62,062 nt of DNA. Origin: an uncultured Coriobacteriaceae bacterium. GTDB taxonomy: Bacteria; Actinomycetota; Coriobacteriia; Coriobacteriales; QAMH01. The DNA lies in assembly GCA_964388185.1 (NCBI GenBank), contig CAYLYJ010000002.1, forward strand, positions 1 to 62,062, given 5' to 3'. Of the stretch, positions 18,880 to 29,514 are shown in pieces. A program made the translations under genes and the position numbers. The notes under the pieces are model-generated. The model saw only the letters and a program-made list of their open reading frames with translations, was not told the origin of the DNA and ran no database searches. Position 1 is the stretch's first letter. Each line of letters opens with the position of its first letter.

Positions 18880-21372
18880 TTAGCGCATGCCGTACCAGGC
18901 GTAGCCTTCGTACCTCCAGCCGACTCGAACGAGTCTCTCGCGCTCGGAGGCGTCCGTGGTGTAGTGGTGACTACCGGAGTTGTTGCGCGGCGCCTGAGGG
19001 TCTACGTTGGGATTGAACAGACGGTGCAGGGCAACGCCTTTGGCGTCATCGGAATACCAGCCGATGCCCTCGTACTTCCATCCCACGCGCACGAGATTGT
19101 CACGCTCGGAGGCGTCCGTGGTGTAGTGATGGTCGGTACCCGAGTATAGGCGATAGACCGGCGTGTTGGATTTTGCCGGTGCGGTCCAACCCTCTCCTTC
19201 GTACTTCCAGCCTGCGCGACTGACCCTGTCTCGTTCGGTGGCATCCGCGGTGTAAAAGTGTTCGCCTGAATTGGGGTTGTAGAGGCGATACATGACTTTG
19301 CTCGTGGGCTGCGCGATGTTGACGGTGGCTCGGGCGCTAATGCTCGGGTTGGAGTCGAGCCGTGCGGTAATAGTGACCTGACCGGCAGCTTTGGCAGTGA
19401 GCTTGCCCGTTTCGGTAATCGTGGCGTCGATCTTGTTTGAGCTGACCTCGAAGGTCCAATTGCCATCGATGCTGCTCTCGACCTTGTATTGTGCCGTATC
19501 GTTTGCCGTCAATGACGAGGGTCCGCTTACCTTGCCGTCATATACCGTGATGGTTTTCTTGAGCGTCTGCCCATTCGCGCTAACGCTGATGGTCGTGTAG
19601 CCGGGTTTGACTCCGCGAACGACGCCGCTAGAGTTCACGGAGGCCACACTGGGATTACTCGAGCTCCATGTACCCGCACCGGGGCATTTGAGGTTCGTCG
19701 TCGTACCGGCGAGAAGCGAATCAGGACCCGCGATAGCCGCCTTGCTCTTGGCGAGGTTAACGGCATTGAGCGCATTGATCTTGCCATAACCGTACAGGTT
19801 GTCGAAACCCTGTGCGCCGATGTCATCCGCTGCCGAGAACAGGATGCTTTTGAGCTCTTTGGCGGTCAAATTGGGGTTGGCGGCAAACGCAAGTGCGACG
19901 ACGCCTGTCACGCACGGTGCGGCCATGGAGGTGCCACTCTTGATGTCATATCCGCCACCGGCCATTGTGGTGAGGATACTTGTCCCAGGAGCCGAGAGCT
20001 GCTTGGTCATGCGGCCGCTTACGTTGTAGTTCGAATCCGATTCGCGCGTGAGATCCTGCTTGATGTTGATGACACCGATGATATTGTCCGAGAAATCGCA
20101 GGGAAAGCAACGATAGGGGAGGTTGCCGTCGCGATTGCCGGCAGCGCTCACGGTCAGAAGGTCATGCTCGTTGTACGCCTCGTCGATGACGCGCATGATG
20201 GCTGCGTCGTTTTCTCCTAGCTCACCCGTGCGCTTGCTGCCGAGGCTCATGTTGATGACGCGGATCTTCTCGCCCGTGGAGTAATTGACGGTCTTATTGG
20301 CGATGATGTTCCTGTATGCCTTGATGATATCGGTTGACTGTGCCACGAAATCACCGTTTTGCTTGTGAAGGGCGCGCACGATGTAGAGTCCCGCGTTGTA
20401 CGAGATGCCGGCAACGCCTATGCCGTTATTGGCTTCGGCGGCGATGATGCCGGCAACGGGTGTACCGTGGTTTTGCTCATCGGCGACGGCCGATCCGCCC
20501 GTGATCGTGTCATAGGTACCGACGATGTTGTTCCTCAAATCGGGATGGTTGACGTTGCAACCCGAATCGATGACCGCGACGCTCACACGGCGTGTTGCAC
20601 CAGCGCTGGGGCGACATTTCGCGATGCTCCAGGCGTCGCGCGCCTGAATTGCCTGCAATCCCCATTGCTGGCCCGATAGGGGGTCGTTGACGGATGTTGC
20701 CTGTGCGACGAGGGGAGAGTCCGCCTCATCTGTGTTGCCCTGGGGGTCAGGTGCGATGTCTTCACTCGCAGAGGCATCGGAGTTTGGGGGCGCAGCGGTA
20801 AGGCCAGCCTCGTCATCTATTGTCGGGGACTGGGTGCCCTCGACCTCGTCAAGATCGAGCGCGTAGTACTTGAAGTTGGGCTGGGCGGTGAGGCCCTGTG
20901 CTTGCAGCTGATCGGCAACCTCTCCCGCGCTTGCCGCACCCTCGTAGGTGAGCGTCACGAAACCGCATGCAGCATCATCTGCGTTGATTGACGCATTGCC
21001 CGCAAAGCCAAGGGCGCCGAGCGCTGCCCGCGCGGATTCAACATCCTGTTCATCGTCAATCGAGATGACGACCGTGTTCGGCACGTATTCGTCTTGGGGA
21101 ACAGATGCGTAGACAGCAGTGGGGGTCGTTGCATCTTCGCCGGAATAGGGCTTGCCTTCGGTGGAGTTGCCTGTCGTAGCATCGGATTCTACAGAAGCAG
21201 AGCTCGAAGCAGGGGTAGCTTCATCGGGCGGAGTGCCTTGCGATACGTTGGTACTCAAGATGCCAATGCAGAAAACGAGCGCCACAACGCTTGTGAGGCA
21301 TGCCGAAATTGCCAGGCGAGCACGCATGGCTGTGCTTTTCTTTGTGTGCTTGGTGTGAGCTCCTCGTTTCAT
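18880..21372 (-). CDS. Secreted S8 subtilisin-like serine protease with Big_2-like domains and a C-terminal triple wall-binding-type repeat.
   Basis: 830-aa ORF. Catalytic triad contexts are VAVIDSGCNVNHPDL, HGTPVAGIIAAEANNG and GTSMAAPCVTGVVALAF. Confidence 0.85.
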   Translation of the reverse strand: MKRGAHTKHTKKSTAMRARLAISACLTSVVALVFCIGILSTNVSQGTPPDEATPASSSASVESDATTGNSTEGKPYSGEDATTPTAVYASVPQDEYVPNTVVISIDDEQDVESARAALGALGFAGNASINADDAACGFVTLTYEGAASAGEVADQLQAQGLTAQPNFKYYALDLDEVEGTQSPTIDDEAGLTAAPPNSDASASEDIAPDPQGNTDEADSPLVAQATSVNDPLSGQQWGLQAIQARDAWSIAKCRPSAGATRRVSVAVIDSGCNVNHPDLRNNIVGTYDTITGGSAVADEQNHGTPVAGIIAAEANNGIGVAGISYNAGLYIVRALHKQNGDFVAQSTDIIKAYRNIIANKTVNYSTGEKIRVINMSLGSKRTGELGENDAAIMRVIDEAYNEHDLLTVSAAGNRDGNLPYRCFPCDFSDNIIGVINIKQDLTRESDSNYNVSGRMTKQLSAPGTSILTTMAGGGYDIKSGTSMAAPCVTGVVALAFAANPNLTAKELKSILFSAADDIGAQGFDNLYGYGKINALNAVNLAKSKAAIAGPDSLLAGTTTNLKCPGAGTWSSSNPSVASVNSSGVVRGVKPGYTTISVSANGQTLKKTITVYDGKVSGPSSLTANDTAQYKVESSIDGNWTFEVSSNKIDATITETGKLTAKAAGQVTITARLDSNPSISARATVNIAQPTSKVMYRLYNPNSGEHFYTADATERDRVSRAGWKYEGEGWTAPAKSNTPVYRLYSGTDHHYTTDASERDNLVRVGWKYEGIGWYSDDAKGVALHRLFNPNVDPQAPRNNSGSHHYTTDASERERLVRVGWRYEGYAWYGMR

Positions 21373-21394
21373 AGTGCCGCTTTCTGCATCCCGA

Positions 21395-21498
21395 ATGTGA
21401 CGGGGGTCAGGCCCCTGTCACATCTTGCCGTCCGAACGTGACACATCGCGATGTGACAGGGGCCTGACCCCTGACACACTTCCTGACCCCCGTCACAT
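21395..21498. repeat. REP-like palindromic cluster, site D. D1 is 21395-21423 (loop in GTCAGGC orientation), D2 is 21451-21478 and D3 is a right-arm half-site at 21482-21498.
   Basis: Read directly. It lies between the start of the subtilase (21372) and the stop of the metalloprotease (21518). Confidence 0.85.
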
Positions 21499-21513
21499 TT
21501 CCGCCACGTCGTC

Positions 21514-21910
21514 GTCCCTACATCCCGTACCATCCGACGCCCTCGCCCTTCCAGCCTATCGCGACGAGCCTGTTGTGCTCGGCGAGGTCCTTGGTGTAGT
21601 TGTGGCTCCCGGAGTTGTTGCGCGGCGCGCTCGGATTGACGTTGGGGTTGAACTGGCGGTACAGCGGCACGCGCTTGCCGTCGTCGGAGTACCAGCCGAT
21701 CCCCTCGTACCTCCAGCCCACGCGCACGAGGTTGTCGCGCTCGGAGGCGTCCATCGTGTAGTGGTGGTCGGTTCCCGAGTACAGGCGGTACACCGGGGTC
21801 TTGGAGGTCTTCGGCGCCGTCCACCCCACGCCCTCGTAGGCCCAGCCCACGCGTTTTAGGTTGTCGCGCTCGGAGGCGTCGGCGGTGTAGAAGTGCTCGC
21901 CGCTGTTGGG
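21514..21910. repeat. Second copy of the 397-bp identical anchor cassette.
   Basis: Same evidence as for 15171-15567. Confidence 0.85.
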
Positions 21911-24900
21911 GTTGTACAGGCGGTACATGGACTTGCCGCCGGTCTCGGTCGGCTTTGTGTCGGTTGTGGTCTGCTCTCTCTTTATGTTGAACGTAGTGGT
22001 CGTCTGACCCGTGTAGTTGCCCTTGCCCTTGAACGTGATCGTCGCGACGCCCACGTTGACGTGGTTGCTGTAGATCATGTCATAGTCGACGCCGGCTCTG
22101 AGTATCTTTCCGTTAACCTTCACCGTCGGCTTGGGTGTCTTGACCTTGCCATCGTAGATTTGGGTGGCGATGGGCGAGACTGACGCCCCGCCGATGTTGC
22201 GGGGTGCGATGGTGAAGGTCACCTTCTTGGTGCCCTGGTAGCTCCCCCCGCCGGTGATTGTTACGGTTGCCGTGCCCGCGTTCGTGTTGTCGGAGTAGCT
22301 GAGCGTGTAATCAGTGCCGAGCCTGAGTGTCGTGCTGCCCATCTTCACCGTGGGCCTTGGCGTAAACGCGCTGCCCGTATACGTTTGCGATGCCGGAATG
22401 CCCGTAACGCTTGCGTTTGAGATGTTCGTCACCGAGTTCACGATCTTGAACGAGGTGGTCTTGGTTCCCGTGTAGTCGCCGATTCCGGTGATGGTTACGG
22501 TCACGGGACCCGGATTGACGTTTTCGCTATAGCTCACGGTATAGTCAGTATCCTTTACGAGCGTGCGACCGCTTAACGTCACAGTCGGGTTGGGCGTGAT
22601 TTTCTCGCCGGTATAGAGTTGATCGGGAATTGACGACACCTCGGCTGCGCTGATGTCCTGCGGTGGGATCGGGGGGTCGGGAGGCGTGCTCGATTCGATG
22701 ACATAGGAGCACACGGCAATCGTTCCCGCTGCGCTGTCAACGGCAGCAACATAGAGCTTGTTGCCGACGATGCAGCTTTCGGCCTCGTAGCTCGATAGAT
22801 ACACATAGTCGTCGAGCGACGTGATCTCATCCGCGTTGCCACCCGCGATCTTATAGGAGACGGTTCCGCGCGATGCCGTGCCGATGGTCAAAAAGAGATT
22901 GCGTCCATCAGTCACGAGGTCTCCGCCCTGCGTTCCATCGAAGGCCTGTTCGAGCACCCTGTTCTGAGTCGGGGTACCCGAGCTATCGTATTCGATGAGG
23001 CGGGCCTCTCTGCCCGAAGACAAGGTTCCGTCTGCGCCAAAGACATATACGTAAGTCATACCGTTCATCGTGGTGGCGCTGATGGTAGATGCGGCCTTGT
23101 TTGGCATGAGGGTTTCCGGCGCTGCGGAAGCATCTTCGAGGCGATAGAGGCTCGTGTCCGACTGGGTCGAGGAGCCGCCCGTTCCTGAGTCTCGCGTTTG
23201 ACCGGCGATAACGGCGGGCTTTCCGCCAATGCTGACAATCGTCGCATTGCGAGGATTGGCGATGGGAAGCGCATTGCCGTATTGTGCGAGCTTCGATCCG
23301 TCCAGCTTATACACCTGTGTCACGGAGGCACCACTTACGATGCTGCTCGTCAGCATATAGAGTGTTCCGTCAACGACTTCGAGATTGGGCGTGCCGTCGG
23401 CTTCGCCTATGTCGACACTTGCCACGTCCTTCCAGGAGCCACCTTGGAGACATCTGAGCTTTGCGGTTTTGGCACTGGACGCATCTTCCTGCACACCGGC
23501 TGCATAGAGTGCGCCATTGAACCAGATGATGTCGGCGTTCCTGATTCCCGCGCCAATTTCACCTTGGGAAATCCAGTTCTTTCCATCGTACTTGTACACG
23601 AGGCTGCTGTCGCTGTACGTGTCGCGTTTCTCTGCGAGTACGTACAGATTTGTCCCATCCGTCACGATGTTGCTCCGAGGCGACCCGAGGTCGGAAAACG
23701 GGTTGCTCCCGTCTGCGTTGAGAACGGGATCCCAGCTCGTGCTCGTATAGTCGGAAGAGGTCTTCAGGGTGAAGGTGATCGAATCGCTATCCTGCCCTAT
23801 CGCCTCGATGAGAATGCCGGTGTTCTTGCCATTCGAGTAGCAGATTGCGCCATCGCTCACTGTCGCGTTTGGGTCAAGGGAACCGATGGAATGGTTCGCG
23901 CCGAGAGAATCGTCATCTGCCCCGTACGATCCCGCGCGGATCGCCGCGCTCGAAATGTCACCTTGCGCATCGCCTATTCCCGTTTCTCCCGGCCGAAAGA
24001 CGTATACGTAGTCATTTCCCTTCGTATTGCCATCAGCCGCGTATGCCGGGTTCACGCGATAGACGATGAGGCCCGACGAGGGAATTTGCCCATCGTATCC
24101 AGGGAATGCCCCATTGCCGGCAGCTTCGTTTCTCTTTCGGTATTCGACGATGAAATACTCCGACTCCGAAGGCGAGGGTTTGATCTTGTAGGCCTGGGGT
24201 TTTGATTTCGTGTCATCAGACACGTTTGAGCTGTAAAGCGGGATGGACTGCCCGGAGTTTTGCGGGCTGATCTCGGGAATGCTGTCGAGCCAGCCAATTT
24301 GCTGTCGTGTGAAAGCGAGGGGCCAGGAATATGAGTCTGCCTTGGCCATGACATCCCAGACGCCAACGGGTTCGCCGCTGATTCCATCACGGTAGTAGTA
24401 GGGAGCGCCAAGGGCGTGCAAGCGTTCGTGGACAGCGACGCTCGCGTTAAAGCGATCGGCTCCGCTGCTGGTGCCGCCGCCGCTCACGATGGTGAAATCG
24501 CCTATTGTATGCATACCAAATGTGAGAGCTTGATTCGCTATATTGCCCGAATAGGAAGTGAATCCCTCGACGCTTTCAGGAAGGTCGATGATAACGAGCA
24601 TATTCTTTATGGAGGCGGACTCATCCATGAAGATGCCGGTATCAAAATGGGGACGGGCATAATTGAATTGCTGCGTAATCTGCTCGAAGAGTTCGCGATC
24701 TGTGTTCTTGTACGTGTTTCCTGCTTGCTCGACACCGTTGAGGTATTCCTCTGCGGTCATATTCACCCGGATATGCAGATATGTTCCGTCCGTATAGGCC
24801 TGGGGAAAGTACGCCGCGGTGTTGAGCTTGCCTTTCGAGATCGTGTAGAGGTAATTGCGGTAGCTACCATCAACCCCCATGCTGTTGATGGAGTGCGTGA

Positions 24901-25162
24901 GCTTCTCGAAATTCGTCTGATCGTAGAAGCCATCTTGCGGACTGTCCTTGAACTCGACGACAAGGACGAGAACGGCATCGTTTGCGCTCGTGTCTTTGAC
25001 GATGGGTGCAAACTCCTTGTCCACTTCGGCGTGGGCGACAGGCGCAAGGGCACTCTGTGCCGCGCCAAATGCCACGAAGGCGATGGCGAGAAGCAAGTAG
25101 GACAATATGTGAATCGCACGGGTGCGAGTATGTGAATGCCCGATACGGCAATCAGTCAGCAT
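21518..25162 (-). CDS. Secreted zincin (M6/InhA-like HExxH) metalloprotease with propeller-like repeats, 3 Ig-like repeats and a C-terminal triple repeat. It is the intact paralog of 475..4150.
   Basis: 1214-aa ORF. Motif VAVHERLHALGAPYYYRD is present, and the domain order matches the first gene in the window. Confidence 0.8.
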   Translation of the reverse strand: MLTDCRIGHSHTRTRAIHILSYLLLAIAFVAFGAAQSALAPVAHAEVDKEFAPIVKDTSANDAVLVLVVEFKDSPQDGFYDQTNFEKLTHSINSMGVDGSYRNYLYTISKGKLNTAAYFPQAYTDGTYLHIRVNMTAEEYLNGVEQAGNTYKNTDRELFEQITQQFNYARPHFDTGIFMDESASIKNMLVIIDLPESVEGFTSYSGNIANQALTFGMHTIGDFTIVSGGGTSSGADRFNASVAVHERLHALGAPYYYRDGISGEPVGVWDVMAKADSYSWPLAFTRQQIGWLDSIPEISPQNSGQSIPLYSSNVSDDTKSKPQAYKIKPSPSESEYFIVEYRKRNEAAGNGAFPGYDGQIPSSGLIVYRVNPAYAADGNTKGNDYVYVFRPGETGIGDAQGDISSAAIRAGSYGADDDSLGANHSIGSLDPNATVSDGAICYSNGKNTGILIEAIGQDSDSITFTLKTSSDYTSTSWDPVLNADGSNPFSDLGSPRSNIVTDGTNLYVLAEKRDTYSDSSLVYKYDGKNWISQGEIGAGIRNADIIWFNGALYAAGVQEDASSAKTAKLRCLQGGSWKDVASVDIGEADGTPNLEVVDGTLYMLTSSIVSGASVTQVYKLDGSKLAQYGNALPIANPRNATIVSIGGKPAVIAGQTRDSGTGGSSTQSDTSLYRLEDASAAPETLMPNKAASTISATTMNGMTYVYVFGADGTLSSGREARLIEYDSSGTPTQNRVLEQAFDGTQGGDLVTDGRNLFLTIGTASRGTVSYKIAGGNADEITSLDDYVYLSSYEAESCIVGNKLYVAAVDSAAGTIAVCSYVIESSTPPDPPIPPQDISAAEVSSIPDQLYTGEKITPNPTVTLSGRTLVKDTDYTVSYSENVNPGPVTVTITGIGDYTGTKTTSFKIVNSVTNISNASVTGIPASQTYTGSAFTPRPTVKMGSTTLRLGTDYTLSYSDNTNAGTATVTITGGGSYQGTKKVTFTIAPRNIGGASVSPIATQIYDGKVKTPKPTVKVNGKILRAGVDYDMIYSNHVNVGVATITFKGKGNYTGQTTTTFNIKREQTTTDTKPTETGGKSMYRLYNPNSGEHFYTADASERDNLKRVGWAYEGVGWTAPKTSKTPVYRLYSGTDHHYTMDASERDNLVRVGWRYEGIGWYSDDGKRVPLYRQFNPNVNPSAPRNNSGSHNYTKDLAEHNRLVAIGWKGEGVGWYGM

Positions 25163-25413
25163 AGAACCCTCCTACGCGGCCGAACGCTATTCGATACGAA
25201 GTATATGCACGGGATTCGCAAGGGCAACTTACGACTTCAAAACAATAGGCAAAGTGCACAATTTCCATAGCTTCCGGCGCTTAAACAGCCGCTCAAGGCA
25301 ACAGAATGGCAACTAAGCATGACGTAATGTGTCGTTTTTCTGATGGGGAAAAACGCAAATGTGCGTATGCTATATTGAGCGGACGTTAAGTTCAGAAAGA
25401 AGGAGACGTATTC

Positions 25414-26580
25414 ATGAACGAAATGATAAAGACTCGTGATTCGCGCAAGCGCGTTTTGGGTCTCGTGGCGAGCTTGCTCGCGTGCTTCGCCTTGGTCATG
25501 GCGCTTGTTCCCATGCAGGCAATCGCCGACAATGGGGGCCAAGACGATGCTAATGCCGAGGCAGCGGCCTCAGCCGAGCCCGCGGCTCCGGCCGATTCAT
25601 CTGATGCAGCTGCTGTCGCCGATTCTGCCGGCGCCAAAGAGGTCGCCATTCCATCGCCGGCTGCCAACTTGATCTATACCGGTGCTGCGCAGAAGCTTCT
25701 CCCCACGAACGACGGCTACAAGATCGAGCTCGTCAAGGAGGAGGGCCTCCAGCAGACCATCGACGACAAGACCGACAAGACTGCCATTCTGGCTACCAAT
25801 GCCGGCACCTATAAGTTCACGGTCACGTTGAACGATGGCTATGTCTGGAAGGGTGGCGGCACGAATGTCGAGACCGTCGAGGTCATCATTGCTCCTGCCG
25901 ACATCAACAAGGCGACAACGGCCAAGGCTCCGTCTTATGCCACCTTCCTTGGCGATCCCGTTACCGTGGAGATTGTTCTGAGCCTGTCCGACAAGACCGC
26001 TCTCAAGGAAGGCGTCGATTACACGGTCGAGTATGTCGACAATGACAAGGTCGGTAAGGCCACGGCAATCATTACCGGCATCGGCAACTTCCAGGCCAAG
26101 AAGATCGTTCAGTTCGAAGTTGTTGACGCGCAGGTCATGTATCGCCTCTATAACCCCAATAGCGGCGAGCATTTCTACACTGCCGACTCCAAGGAGCGCG
26201 ACAATCTCGTCAAAGCCGGCTGGAAGTACGAGGGCGAGGCGTGGACTGCCCCCAAGAAGTCTGACACGCCCGTATATCGTCTGTACTCGGGTACCGACCA
26301 CCACTACACCACGTCCTCTACCGAGCGCGACAATCTCGTCAAACTCGGCTGGAAGGACGAGGGCATCGGTTGGTATTCCGAGAACGTGAAGACCGCCGAG
26401 GATGCCGAGAACATCTGCGTTTATCGTCTGTTCAACCCCAACGTGGTTCCCACTGCCCCCACCAACAATTCCGGCAGCCATCACTACACGACCGATGCTT
26501 CCGAGCGCGATACGCTTGTCAAAGTCGGCTGGAAGTACGAGGGTATCGGCTGGTACGCGGCAAAGGCCGAGTCCAAGTAA
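25414..26580 (+). CDS. Secreted surface protein with Ig-like domains and a C-terminal triple wall-binding-type repeat.
   Basis: 388-aa ORF with GAAGGAG upstream of the ATG and a signal-peptide-like N-terminus. Contains DYTVEYVDNDKVGKATAIITG and three YRLYNP/YRLYSGTDHHYT/YRLFNPN repeats. Confidence 0.75.
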   Translation: MNEMIKTRDSRKRVLGLVASLLACFALVMALVPMQAIADNGGQDDANAEAAASAEPAAPADSSDAAAVADSAGAKEVAIPSPAANLIYTGAAQKLLPTNDGYKIELVKEEGLQQTIDDKTDKTAILATNAGTYKFTVTLNDGYVWKGGGTNVETVEVIIAPADINKATTAKAPSYATFLGDPVTVEIVLSLSDKTALKEGVDYTVEYVDNDKVGKATAIITGIGNFQAKKIVQFEVVDAQVMYRLYNPNSGEHFYTADSKERDNLVKAGWKYEGEAWTAPKKSDTPVYRLYSGTDHHYTTSSTERDNLVKLGWKDEGIGWYSENVKTAEDAENICVYRLFNPNVVPTAPTNNSGSHHYTTDASERDTLVKVGWKYEGIGWYAAKAESK

Positions 26581-26622
26581 AACGGAGCAAGCCAGACAAA
26601 ACGCGCTATAGAAAGACGTGAC

Positions 26623-27990
26623 ATGAGCAAACGAACCACAGTCTTCCTACCCAAAGTCCTGCTGCTTGCTGCGGCGTTAGCCATCGCGGTCCTTCCTATC
26701 CTGTTTGCGCAAAGTGCATTTGCCGAGCGGATAGAAGGACCGCTTCGCGCTGACCCCAAGGCCTACGAGCATATCGATGACGAGGCGTTGTCTGCGCAGT
26801 CGCTCGATGACATGTTCGATGGACAAGTGATTGCCCAGGCATCGGGTACGTCCAATATCGTGAGCCTCAACATTACCTTGAGCCAGATGATTCAAATGTG
26901 CATGGAGAATGACAATCGCTACGATCACTCCTATGCCCAATTTCAGTCTGCGCTTGATCCCAACACCTGCAACCTCACCGTTTTCGCAGACCTCAGAACT
27001 TCGTCGGGGCTTTCTGCTGCCCAGATCGATGCCTATATCGACTCTACGGCAAACGGCCGCGCGGGAATGCTTCATGGCCAGGGCGCGGCTTTCATCGAGG
27101 CCGAAGCGACCTACCACGTGAATGCCGTCTATCTTGTTGCCCATGCAATTCTCGAGACGGGATGGGGCACGTCCACGTTGGCAAGGGGACAAGTGCACCA
27201 AGGCGTTACCTATTACAATTTCTTTGGCATCGGTGCCTTTGACGGCGTTGCTGAAAGCGCCGGCTTGAGCATGGCGGTCAAGCAGGGCTGGACTTCTCCT
27301 CGAGCGGCTGTTCTGGGCGGAGCCGAATGGATTGCCAAGAACTATATCTATCGCAGCACCTATGCGCAGCCTACGCTCTATGCCATGAAGTGGGATTACG
27401 CACGTGCAAATGCCGAGGGCAGCTGTTGGCACCAGTACTGCACGGGCGTGTCATGGCAAGACGAAATTGGCAGGCTCATGGATCAGGCTTATGCCCGCAT
27501 TGGCGTTGAGCCCACGTACAATTACATCATCCCGCAGTACAAGGGGTCCACGGTTCCCGACACTAACTCGCGCGCCATGTATCGTCTGTACAACCCGAAC
27601 AGCGGCGAGCATTTCTACACGGCAAGTGTCAGCGAACGCGAGGATCTGATTTCTGCCGGCTGGACCTATGAAAACGTAGCCTGGCGAGCGCCCAAGGAGT
27701 CAAGCGTGCCGGTTTACCGTCTGTATTCTGGCACCGATCATCACTACACGACCGACGTCTCCGAACGTGAGATGCTCGTCAAGGCGGGCTGGAAGTACGA
27801 GGGGGTCGGCTGGTATTCCGATGAGGCCAAGGGGACGGTGCTATATCGACTGTTCAACCCCAACGTACAGCCCACGGCGCCTCGCAATAACTCGGGATCG
27901 CATCACTACACTGCAGATGCTTCAGAGAGAGACCATCTCGTCAGTGTTGGGTGGATTTACGAGGGGAATTGCTGGCACGGTCTTAAATAA
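26623..27990 (+). CDS. Peptidoglycan hydrolase: GH73 N-acetylglucosaminidase domain plus a C-terminal triple repeat.
   Basis: 455-aa ORF with a signal peptide. The GH73-type segment is YHVNAVYLVAHAILETGWGTS...YNFFGIGAFD. Confidence 0.8.
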   Translation: MSKRTTVFLPKVLLLAAALAIAVLPILFAQSAFAERIEGPLRADPKAYEHIDDEALSAQSLDDMFDGQVIAQASGTSNIVSLNITLSQMIQMCMENDNRYDHSYAQFQSALDPNTCNLTVFADLRTSSGLSAAQIDAYIDSTANGRAGMLHGQGAAFIEAEATYHVNAVYLVAHAILETGWGTSTLARGQVHQGVTYYNFFGIGAFDGVAESAGLSMAVKQGWTSPRAAVLGGAEWIAKNYIYRSTYAQPTLYAMKWDYARANAEGSCWHQYCTGVSWQDEIGRLMDQAYARIGVEPTYNYIIPQYKGSTVPDTNSRAMYRLYNPNSGEHFYTASVSEREDLISAGWTYENVAWRAPKESSVPVYRLYSGTDHHYTTDVSEREMLVKAGWKYEGVGWYSDEAKGTVLYRLFNPNVQPTAPRNNSGSHHYTADASERDHLVSVGWIYEGNCWHGLK

Positions 27991-28142
27991 CCCGTCTCGG
28001 TCGGGTGTGCGGCCGTATCTGCCCGGTAAAATGACCCATTTATGAATAAATAGTCGGCTTTTTTGCTCCGACATTTCGTCCGCGCTACACTGGTGCGTAC
28101 TCTGAAAAAGAACTATAAATGCACTATTCCAAGGGTGATAGC

Positions 28143-29483
28143 ATGAAACATCATCACGGCAGACTCATCTCATGCATCTCTATCGTCGCGTTTGCCTGCA
28201 CGCTCGTGTTGGGGTCGACTGTCGCCTTCGCAGACGAGCAGACTGCTCTAAGCGAGGATGGCGTCATCGAGGCTGTCCAAGTCGACGATGCTTCTGCTTG
28301 CATGATTACCGATGGCCCCGCTCAAGAATCCAGTACTTCCTCGGATGTCAAGGACGCCAAGGCAAGCAGCGAAAGCGCATCTCGCGAAGTGCAGTCTGCA
28401 TCACCGGCGGCCCAGCCGGCTGACGAAGTCGTGCCTGCCGCTGACAGCTCTCCCGATGCACCGCTTGCCGCCATGGCTACTGCCGAGACTGTGGACATGT
28501 ATCGCCTATACAACCCCAATTCCGGCGAACACTTCTATACGGGTAACTGGTCTGAGCGTGCGAATCTCGTCGAGATCGGGTGGATTTCCGAAGGTATCGG
28601 CTGGGTTGCTCCCAAGACATCCAAATCGCCCGTCTATCGTCTCTACAATCCCAATGCGGGTGACCATCATTACACGCTTTCGTCGTCCGAGCGTGACGGC
28701 CTTGCCCGTGTTGGGTGGATATTCGAGGGCATCGGCTGGTATTCCGATGACAAGATGAGGATTCCCATCTTGCGCCAGTACAACCCCAACGCCAAGGCGG
28801 GTGCGCATAACTTCACCTCGTCAAGCGAGGAGAACAAGGAACTTGTCGAAGCCGGATGGACGGCCGAAGGTGTCGGCTGGTACGCGATTTCGGGCGCCAA
28901 ATCCACGCCCACGCCTATTGCGGGCAGCAAAATCTATCTTGATGCCGGACATGGCGTTGGTAGCAGCGCAAAGGACGTCTATGATTCGGGCGCATGCGGA
29001 AACGGTTACGAGGAGGCAAAGCTCACGGCAGAGCTCGTGACGCTCACCGCAAAATACGCTCGCGAGTTATATGGTCTTGACGTGTATTCCAACGTCGCTA
29101 GCAATATTGAGTATTGGAACCGCCAGGCGGATGCGAAAGAGCATGGATGCACCTCGCTCGTCTCCATTCACTTCAATGCAAGCGGCGAGGGTGGTACCGG
29201 TACCGAGAGCTACATTCATAGTAGGAATGCCGCTGCGAAAGCAGACGAGCTTCAATCCATTATGCACAAGTCTCTTGTGAAGGGCATAGGCCTGCGTGAC
29301 CGTGGTATGAAAAACGCGGGTCTGGCCGTTTGCAGCGGTGCTGGAACGGGACTTCCCGGCGTGCTGCTCGAAATCTGCTTCATCGATAACTCATATGACA
29401 TGAAGCAGTACCAAGCCAAGAAAGATGCGGTCGCACGGGAGCTCGCAGCTGGCCTGTTCGAGGCAGCGCAAAAGGGATTCTAG
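28143..29483 (+). CDS. N-acetylmuramoyl-L-alanine amidase (Amidase_3) with an N-terminal triple repeat.
   Basis: ORF 28119..29483. The ATG at 28143 gives MKHHHGRLISCISIVAFACTLVLG. The repeats lie at 28497-28883. The C-terminal domain has KIYLDAGHG...SIHFNAS...GTESYIH. Confidence 0.8.
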   Translation: MKHHHGRLISCISIVAFACTLVLGSTVAFADEQTALSEDGVIEAVQVDDASACMITDGPAQESSTSSDVKDAKASSESASREVQSASPAAQPADEVVPAADSSPDAPLAAMATAETVDMYRLYNPNSGEHFYTGNWSERANLVEIGWISEGIGWVAPKTSKSPVYRLYNPNAGDHHYTLSSSERDGLARVGWIFEGIGWYSDDKMRIPILRQYNPNAKAGAHNFTSSSEENKELVEAGWTAEGVGWYAISGAKSTPTPIAGSKIYLDAGHGVGSSAKDVYDSGACGNGYEEAKLTAELVTLTAKYARELYGLDVYSNVASNIEYWNRQADAKEHGCTSLVSIHFNASGEGGTGTESYIHSRNAAAKADELQSIMHKSLVKGIGLRDRGMKNAGLAVCSGAGTGLPGVLLEICFIDNSYDMKQYQAKKDAVARELAAGLFEAAQKGF

Positions 29484-29514
29484 TATTCCAGTCCGGTAAA
29501 GGAGATGAGGCATC

